In this document: one piece after another, positions 1 to 8,800 of the stretch
Position numbering within the stretch: position 1 is the first letter of the stretch
Layout: each line of letters starts with the position of its first letter
DNA from: Chiloscyllium plagiosum
Lineage: Eukaryota
Length of the DNA stretch: 44,599 nt
Direction: 5' to 3'
NCBI RefSeq assembly: GCF_004010195.1
Contig: NC_057721.1
Location: forward strand, 52,035,656-52,080,254
The notes under the pieces: generated by a model
Databases searched by the model: none
The model's input: the letters and a program-made list of their open reading frames with translations, nothing else
Told to the model about the DNA's origin: nothing
Translations under genes and position numbers: made by a program

Positions 1-444
1 GGTTAAACATCTTCAAATGTGCTCCCTGCCCTCATTGTGATCTTACTTCTCTCTTTGATTTCTCTGCTTTCAGTCCTCAAACCCCTTCTGAGCTTATTTT
101 GTCCATGGGACTCAAATACTGTTCCCTCCTAAATTCCTCACCTGACTCTGTTGTTAGTCAAAGCTTCTCTCTTCTTGGCTCTGTCTGCTGTTGTATAAGG
201 TAATATAAATGTTAATGTTGAAGACTACCTTAGGCTCGACCCAATCACATTGTGTCACATGGTCCTTGGGTGGAAAAGGTTCAGTCTAACAGAAAGATGT
301 ATCACCTCAGGCTCCTAATAGTTTTTGTAGTTGTGCCTAACCAGTTAAAATAACTTGTATCTCTTGTGATCATGCAATAAGTTGTATCTTGTTGTTAAGA
401 CAAGTGCCTCTTCTTATTAAGGCTCAATGGTTATTTATTCTTCA

Positions 445-1075
445 CCATTAGTAGAAAGTAGAGTAGCAGGTAGATAGGATGGTGAAGAAGGCATGAGGTA
501 TGCTTTCCTTTATTGGGCAGAGCATTGAATATAGGAGTTGGGAGGTCATGTTGCTGCTGTACAGGACAATAATTAAGCCACTTTTGGAATATTGCATGCA
601 ATTCTGGTCTCCTTCCTATCAGAAGGATGTTGTGAAACTTGAAAGGGTTTAGAAAAGATTTACAAAGATGTTTCCTGGTTTGGAGGATTTGAGCTTTAGG
701 GAGAGGCTGAAACAGCAGAGGCTGTTTTCCCTGGAGCGCCAGAGTCTGAGGGGTGACCTTATAGAGGTTTATAAAATCATGTGGGGCACGGATAGGATAA
801 ATAGACAAAGTATTTTCCCTGGGGTGAGGGAGTCCAGAACTTTTCACACAGAGGGTGGTACGTGTATGGAATGAGATGCCAGAGGAAGTGATGGAGGCTG
901 GTACAATTGTAACATTTAAAAGGCATCTGGATGGATATATGAATAGATAGAGTTTGAAGGGATATGGGCCAGATGCTGGCAAACGGGACTTGATTAGTTT
1001 GGGACATCTGGTCAGCATCGCTGTGTTGGAACAAAGGGTCTGTTTCCGTGCTGTACATTTCTATGACTTTATGAC
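445..1075 (+). mobile_element. CR1-clade LINE 3' fragment (HER1-like)
   Basis: Decayed ORF2 C-terminus (GMLSFIGQSIEYRSWEVML...LEYCMQFWSP...PGLEDLSFRERL) and a ctatgact-type tail. Confidence 0.85.
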
Positions 1076-2763
1076 AATGCTCATGGTGTTGATGTGGCTT
1101 TAGGGTGTGGTGGATTTCTGTCTGAATTGACCCCTGTTCAGATGGAGTTTCACATTAATTCCAGATTCTGAAGCCACCCTTGGGTACCTGCACCCTATTA
1201 TTTGAACTGAACTGTGGAAATTCACTCATTATCCTTCCAGTTAGCATGCTGGCTTTGCCAAGGCTGCACTATACATCCTTCATTTCTTATCTTCACCTGC
1301 CTCTCAGACTTGCCCTGGTTATTTGATGTTTGTTACCCTCTAGCCTGTTATTTGATGTTGGTGGTGGGAGTCCTCCCCCCTTACCAACGGGGACCTGAGA
1401 TGGGGGGATGATCGATGCAACAGAACTGTGCAGCTTTTAGTTAAGTGTGATCACAGACTTCCAGGCTGCCTATTATATCTGTGGCCTTGTGGAGTCTGTG
1501 GGCCATGTTCAGGTAGATAGTTATGGACCTTGGCATTGCTTTTGTTAAACTTTAGGTTATACTTCAGTGCCATTCCCCTGAGCTTTGTGGATCGGGTGCT
1601 GGGAAAGGTGGCAGGTTGGAGAACATCTTTATGGGTCTAATCTTGGACCTGGGCAGAACAGACATGAACAGGTCCAGGCTGTGGGCTGCAGAAGGGAACT
1701 GCTGAACCTGACGGCATGCCACACTTTCATGGTAGTGTCCACAGCAGGGTCTCCTTGGAGACAGAGCATGGAACCTTGTGCTTCATCAGCCCATCTGTTA
1801 AAATGACAGCTTTGTCTAAAATTTGAGAGATTTCTTTGGGAATTTTGACTTGCATTACAGTGCCTTTGTGGGTGGTTGACAATTATAACTTTTGTTTAAT
1901 CTGGTCAATTAGTTTTATTTTAAAGATAGTAGAAAAGTAGTAACATTCAAAACCAGCCAGAAGGCGTGAGTGGTTGCCACAACAACATATGATATCCATG
2001 TCTGCTTCAAACCTGCTTTAATCACGCCTTTCCTCAAACAAAAAGCTTTTACTCAGTTTACAGGCTATCACCCAATATCAATCTCCCCTTCAACTTATGT
2101 GGGACGCCGTCTCCTAAATTAGTGCCCATCTTTCCTGGGACTTTGTTTGAATCACTCCAAACAGATTTCCAACCAAGTCAAAATTTCAAGTAAACAAAGT
2201 CGCAAATGACCTCCGACGTGATTCCAAACTGCCACACACCGCAAAAGCACAAAGGTGATCAGACCCCAGTTTCTGATCTCCTACTCAGCAATGCATGTAC
2301 TTCATAAGAAGTGGGTCATCCAAATGGAGAAGAAAGAAAACCCCTGCTTGTGTCACATTATTTACAAACTTACATTAAAAAGGGAACCAAACTGAGAAAC
2401 CCCTTCACATATTAGCTTCACCCCATTGTTACTTACCTTCTCCTTCCAACATGTTCCCAATGTCAGGCTGAAATTGCATCAGGAGCTCATAAATGACATG
2501 TTGCTTACTAAAACCTCTAATTTCTTCAATCACAGCCTCTCTTTATAAAGCACAGGATCCTGTATGCTTTCTGAACCTCTCTCATCCTGCCCTCTCATTC
2601 AATGATCTGTGTTTAATACACCCAGATCCGTCTGCTCTTGCACCCCCTTTAGAATTCTAGCCTTTCTTTTGTAATGTTTCTCTTCATTTTTCTTACCTAC
2701 CTTGGTCATTTGTCACAGATCTGTTGGTGAAACCTTGCTGTGTGCAAGTTGTTGACCAGGTTT

Positions 2764-3813
2764 TGTCAAAATGACGGAGTGATGCAAGGCACAAATATAT
2801 ATACATATATTTTTAAAATAGTTTATTTTGGATTTTTGAATTTTTGACTGGTGGAATATGGTTTGTTGTGTATTGAAAGTAGATAATGATTATCGTGTAA
2901 GTATTTCTGCAGCTATAGTGATTTCTTTTAAAATAAACAGTATAACAGAGATGGCCTTGGAAGCTAATGGGCATTTGCTTATATTGGGAGAGCTTACAAG
3001 TGAACAAAGTAAACAATGTAGTGCATTAGGCCTTCAGAAGGTTCTGGATTTTTTCTTTGGCTTAGGGAAACAATCTTATCTTAAAAAAAGTTTAGGTTTT
3101 GGGATTCACTTGGGCAGTGTGCCGAAGTCTTGGTTGAAACTTGACATGCTAAAATTGGCCATAGTGTTAGGTGAAGGGATAAAATGTAGGGGAATGGGTC
3201 TGGGTGGGTTGCACTTCGACGGGTCGGTGTGGACTTGTTGGGCAGAAGGGCCTGTTTCCACACTGTAAATAATCTAATCTAATCTAATCTAATCATGTAA
3301 AACGGTTGCTTCTGAGAAAGGAAGGTAGTTTCGGATTTTTAAGAAAGAGATTTACCTCAATATAAGGAGCGCAGTTTACAAGTTCCAAACCAGAAGTATT
3401 TAGTTAAAATTGTGATGGGGTTGTATGAAGCCCAGTTATCTGTTGAATCAAGGAAGAGGTTACCAGATTCTCATGACGAGGAATTGATGTTACAATTTAA
3501 TCAAACCTTATGTGAGAAGGAAAGTCTCTCTAGTATTTGAGTACTAAAATGGGATATTGGTGGATAAGGGAATTGTGGTTTTACCATGTATTTCAAAATA
3601 TGTAAACTCATGTTATATGTAAATAGTTTGGCCTGTTCTATTTAATTTTCGTTTGCTTTGCTTTATAAACTTCTGTTTTATTGTAATCTGTGGCATTTTT
3701 GTTTCATTGAAAGATCACCTCATCAGAATCAAAAAGTAGAAATGATCTATCAGACCAGATCTCAGTCTGGGATGTGACTTAGTAAGCAGTCAGCATCAGC
3801 TGGGATCTTAACA
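2764..3813 (+). mobile_element. Possible old solo LTR containing a SINE insertion
   Basis: Ends ...ctgggatcttaaca, similar to the TAACA end of the LTR at 41383-41976. The 5' boundary is uncertain. Confidence 0.3.
3143..3294 (+). mobile_element. HE1-like SINE, 3' part
   Basis: catgctaaattg...gaagggcctgtttccacactgta followed by a (tctaa)n tail. Confidence 0.8.
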
Positions 3814-4062
3814 ACTGTGATTATACCTCAAAACAAATGTTAGTTCTGGTGCATCTTGGGTTGTTGTGAGACTGTGAAAGGAACAATACTATGTTCATAA
3901 ACAATTCCAACCTGAATTAACAACACATGTCAAAATCACAAATAAAAGATTAGTCAAAAACAAATGAAGTTAATGATATATACTTTAATACATAATTGTA
4001 ATAGTGACAATGGTGAAAACTGTAAGCAAATCGTAGATTGCCTGAATGGTTGTGTGAGACAA

Positions 4063-4889
4063 AGGGAGAATTTTCTGCAGCCCGCAAGAAAGGAAAATGT
4101 CATATGCTGGCTGGCTGAATATTAGATGAGTTTTGGTTTTACAATAGAGGGTTAAAATGTTGAGATTATGTCAGCAACATACCTGAGGCATGTAGCGCCT
4201 CAGGCAACCTTCTAGCTTCCTTACATGTGGAATACATTTGCCTGTCACGAATACTCATTAGTGTGAATATTTTTATAAATGTCTCCAAAATAAATTTAGT
4301 GGCACAGGAAAAACTTGTGGCATTGGTGTAGCTTGTAATACTTCACTTATGGGCAATAGAAAAAGTTGAAACTATCATCAGTTCTATGGCTTAAATCCAT
4401 GAATGCAAATCTCACTGCCAGCTCTCTATATACAGTGCAATTGCTGAAATAACTATGGGTCTCATTCAGCAAGTACACTTAGAGCCTCAAGAGCAAGAGG
4501 AGGGAATGCAACAAAGAAGGACTATTTCCACTAAACAAGTTGCTTTTGCAACCCCAGCAGCAGGCAGCACTAAAGGGAAACATTTTTAAGGATGCAACAA
4601 TCAAGAGAAGGCATCATAGAATATGGGCACTGGCATTTAGCAGCAAAGTTGTGTTCGTGATGCAGAGCTGCATTGCTTTGTCCAGGAGATTTATTTTTAC
4701 CTGCCAGTAGTTGCAGTATTGTCAGCTAATGTCAGGTTTCACCAGTGTAAAGCTTCCCCTGCTGTGGATTTGTGTGTGTGTTTCCCTTATATGTTGCAAG
4801 TGCTTAGATTTTTAGTTGGAATCACGTGAGAAATGGGAAAGAGCAAAAGAGTGTATGTGGTATAAGATGACACAATTAAAATTCTGCCC
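4063..4889. mobile_element. Possible decayed non-autonomous DNA transposon (MITE-like)
   Basis: Imperfect terminal inverted repeats gggagaatttt (4064-4074) and aaaattctgccc (4878-4889). No transposase is recognisable. Confidence 0.3.
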
Positions 4890-5693
4890 ATTATTTCCTG
4901 CCAGTACAGATAATGCCAATTGCACACACACACTTCATTGTTCTCCATCATTTACTATAATCAACACAGTTTAATGTAGGTTTAGTTGAACATAATGGTT
5001 TGTATTTGCCTGGCTTTCAGACAGTGTAATCTTATTGTTTTCTCTTCATGAGTTTATTTTTTAAAATATGGGGCATAATTCATGCTATGTCAGCTTTAAG
5101 TAATGGTCTTTGTTTAAGCAATGGGCTGAAATTGCCACAAAGTGCTTTCTCATGCCATACATTATCTTCTTAGCTGTATTCTGAATCAACTAATCATAGG
5201 GCAATTATATGCTGATGTAGTAAAGGGTAATTTACATGATTTTTAAACTGTGTTATATTTTCAAAACAGACTATATACCTTTAATTGAACTATGTTGTTT
5301 GCTGTGTAGAATATTATGCTAGGATATTCCTAACAAAATTAAAGTACTCTAATAAAAAGTTAGTGATGAATAACTTACAACAACAGAACCTTCCAAACAA
5401 CATAGTAGTGGAAAAGTTCAGTTTAAGAAACACAAGCAAACTTTTAAGGTCTCTGATATGATCACTCAGAATTAGGAAAATATTCATTCCAAACAGGTGC
5501 ATGTCAAACTGTGCAACACATTTGTATGCTACCTTAATTTCTGCCTTGGATACCTCTTCAAAGCTTATAGGACATAGTACACACACACAGGATCTGGCTC
5601 AGCTCCAAAACAGGAATTTACAGTAATAAGACAGAAAACAATGTACAATTATGAAATGACAACTTCCTTTTCATAACTTCGCTGCCATTTCAG

Positions 5694-5699
5694 TTTATT
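5694..5699 (-). promoter_or_regulatory. Candidate polyadenylation signal AATAAA overlapping the stop codon
   Basis: The minus strand reads TTT TAA TAAA at the end of the terminal exon. Confidence 0.3.
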
Positions 5700-5852
5700 A
5701 AAATGTATTTTCATATATTCTCAAAGGAAAGTGACGAATAAAGCTATAATTTGAATGTGAATTTCGATTACAATTCTGACTTGCTACAGGAGTCTCTTGA
5801 GTTCTTAATGTAGTGCCAACATTAACGTAGGTCTGATTGTCTTCAGGTTCTG
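5698..5852 (-). CDS. Terminal cytoplasmic exon with tyrosine motifs
   Basis: Acceptor ctctttcttgttag| (NAGNAG with the following CAG). Translation (A)EPEDNQTYVNVGTTLRTQETPVASQNCNRNSHSNYSFIRHFPLRIYENTF*, containing YVNV, SNYSFI and YENT. Confidence 0.75.
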
Positions 5853-8800
5853 CTAACAAGAAAGAGATGTAGTGTAAGACACAGTTTGCTTTGTTTAATT
5901 CATGTTGTGATATAAATGCACTTAGAACACTGACCGTATCAGAGAATTCTGTACCAATTCTCTAAATGAATGCTGGATGCTATTTTCATTATTTTATACG
6001 AGTACAGGAAAATTTTTTCTCTTCATGAGATTCTTATTATGGCATTGCTAACAAGACCATCATTCAGCTTCAGTCATTTGAGAAACTACTGAGCTCAGGC
6101 ATTAAGAACAGCTCTTTAAAGTCAATTTTAAATTTTAGCTGCCTGCCAACTAATTACTTGAAAACGTGTGATCTAATTATCTCTTTCTTTCACTGAGGGC
6201 TATAAATGTAAGACTACTCACAAATGAATACTCTACAATTTATGGTTGATTGACTATTGCCAGCACACATGGGTCATCTATTGTTACTTATTTACAAGTG
6301 GATGCAGAATGTGGTCTCACAGATCTCTACACTCTTGTGATGTTTGCTGTCTCCTGTTTTATATTGGAAAGGTTAAGTGGACTGTGTAAAAAGGTGTTTT
6401 GTGCATGGTTTAAGGAGGAATTAGCTGAATAATCGACAGAGTCCATTTGTTTCTTCTTTTTTTATTAACTTAGTGCTCCTTTTCTATCAGGTGCTAACTT
6501 TGGTCTTGCTTTTCTATAACAATGTGACATGCACAGATTAAATGCTTCATGTGAGTCAATATACTTGCACTGAACTCTGCAAGTTTAATCGTATAAATCA
6601 CATATACACTTCTACTGCATGAAAGACAGTGGAGAAAGGTAGACCACTTTATCAATGTATATACAGTCTGAACACATGTAATGTATCTTTGTATAAACTA
6701 ATTACAATTCTGGGTTATATTTCTACATAAGCAGAGACAATTTAAAGCAAGTAGTTAATAACACAAAGACATTGACCTGAAATGTTAACTCTGTTTCTCT
6801 CCTCACAGTTACTCCCTGGCCTGCTAAGTATTTCCATCATTCTCTGCTTTTACTTAATGTAAATGGTTACTGGAATTACAAGTAGATTATTTCTGTAGCA
6901 TACAATTCTCTATTTTAGATCCCAGAAATAAATAATTATATAATACTTCACCTCACTTACCTTGTGTATCATCCCCACTATCAACTGAACATTTGTATGT
7001 TGCTGTTAATGTTACAAGATCTGCTAAGATGCTTCACAGGAATGTTACTAAGCAAAATTGGACACCAAGTTGCACAACATGATGCAAAGCAGAGTGTCAG
7101 AAATTTGACCAAACGGTTCGTTTTAATGTGCATATTGATCAAGGAAAGAGAGCTGGAGAGACATAGGGTTTTTGGAGGAAATTCCAGAGTTCAGGGCCTA
7201 GGCCACTTCAAGAATGACCACTATTGAGCTTAAAAGAACCAGCTTTGCGAATTTTATGAAAGGTGAAGCCAACATCAATGTGAAGGACTGCTACGATATG
7301 TTATAGCATAGGACTTACAGAATAAATCAGGCTCTATGCTGCTTCTGTCTTACTCAATTTCACAGAGCACCCCAATTCCTTATTGTGACCTTTTCCAGTT
7401 CCTATAACAATCTTCCATGTCTATTATCTGAATGCCAAAGTGCAACATTTTACTAAGCGATCAAATCCAGTTGGAACTGGTTTGGGACAATTGGTTTCAG
7501 ATATGAAAAGACAGCTTTCTAAACAAGTACAGCCAACTATCAATTGTACAAGTCAAACTATTGTACAGAGTGTATATAAAATTCATTTAGCTCCTGCATA
7601 CATCCACCTACTGGAATCCAGATCAATTCAGAAGAATTGTGCTGAACAGTAATATTACCTCTATTTCGACAAGCTATGTACAAACCTAACTTTCTTGGGT
7701 TATAATCAAGGATTCAAATAATCTGGATCTTACCTTTTTTTGAACGCTTTAATAGCAAGTAAACAACCACACTTATGAGAATTAGACCCAGAGAAGCCAA
7801 CACCCACCATAAGTACGCTCCAACTGCAACACAAAAAATTGAAGGCTTTGTCACAAGCAGGCCATCTGATAACCCCCATAATAAAACACTCCCAAGATCA
7901 AATAAATGTTCCCATTTGTGTTTATTTTGGTCCAAATACACAGAAATATCCATAAATGTGAGAAGTGTAAAGTCAGCTCAAGTGTACAGTAAGCAGCAAG
8001 ATTTTGAAATGCTCCAATGTAAGCAGTTAATATATTGTTAATAAACTCCTGGATAACAAAGTACTGGGTGAATATTTAATTGGGAACAGATCTGGGATAT
8101 CGGTATAATTAACAGTTGATGAAATGCTGTCCTTCATTACTGGGAATTAGTTCAGGGTGAGATAGAGCTGGGCCTAGGGTAAGGAGTAGTTTATGGGAGA
8201 CAGTTATGAATAGTATAATTCGGTGAAGCAGCTGAGGCCTACACCTTCTTTGTGGGACTAGGGAATCCTTTTCATACTTCATACTAGTTATTTGTTCTCA
8301 GGTCAGATCCTGTGTGCCCCTCCAACCACTGCCACAAAACACCACTGCCCCACTCCAACTTCCCACAACACTGACATTGGGTCACATTAATTAATGCAAT
8401 TAAACTTTAACTACCAACTAGGTACGAGGTCTTTATCTATGCTTTGGAACAAGGAATTTCTCAACTCCATTTTAACTAGAATTAATTAGAATTTTCACAT
8501 TGGTTTCTTAATACTTTCTTTGATTGTGTATACATATAATTCCTGTAAATAAACCAGCTGGTAGGTTTAGCCAGAGCAACCAGACAACATTAAGTGGCTT
8601 CATTTCAGTAAATTACTATTTCTGTGCTTTTCATTTTCAAAGTCATGAAATCAATAAGAGTTCAAAGAAATCTGGTCTACTTATCGAATCCGCAATTTTC
8701 TCTGAATACAAATAAGAGTTGAAGATAGAATGAATCCTAACAACCTCTGGACTATTTCATTTTCTCACTACATGGAAGGAGAGAGTGATTTCAAGAAGGG

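Noticed and set aside
431-1018. 195-aa minus-strand ORF and similar ORFs (17619-18101, 13891-14214, 39946-40203)
   Set aside because: They are antisense frames of CR1 LINE fragments.
2437-2470. Minus-strand exon-like segment with a GAAG|GTAAGT donor
   Set aside because: It lies downstream of the receptor's stop codon, with no partner exons or recognisable protein motif.
6285-6356. Additional cytoplasmic exon of the receptor
   Set aside because: An AG is present, but the frame hits TAA and no convincing phase-1 donor follows.
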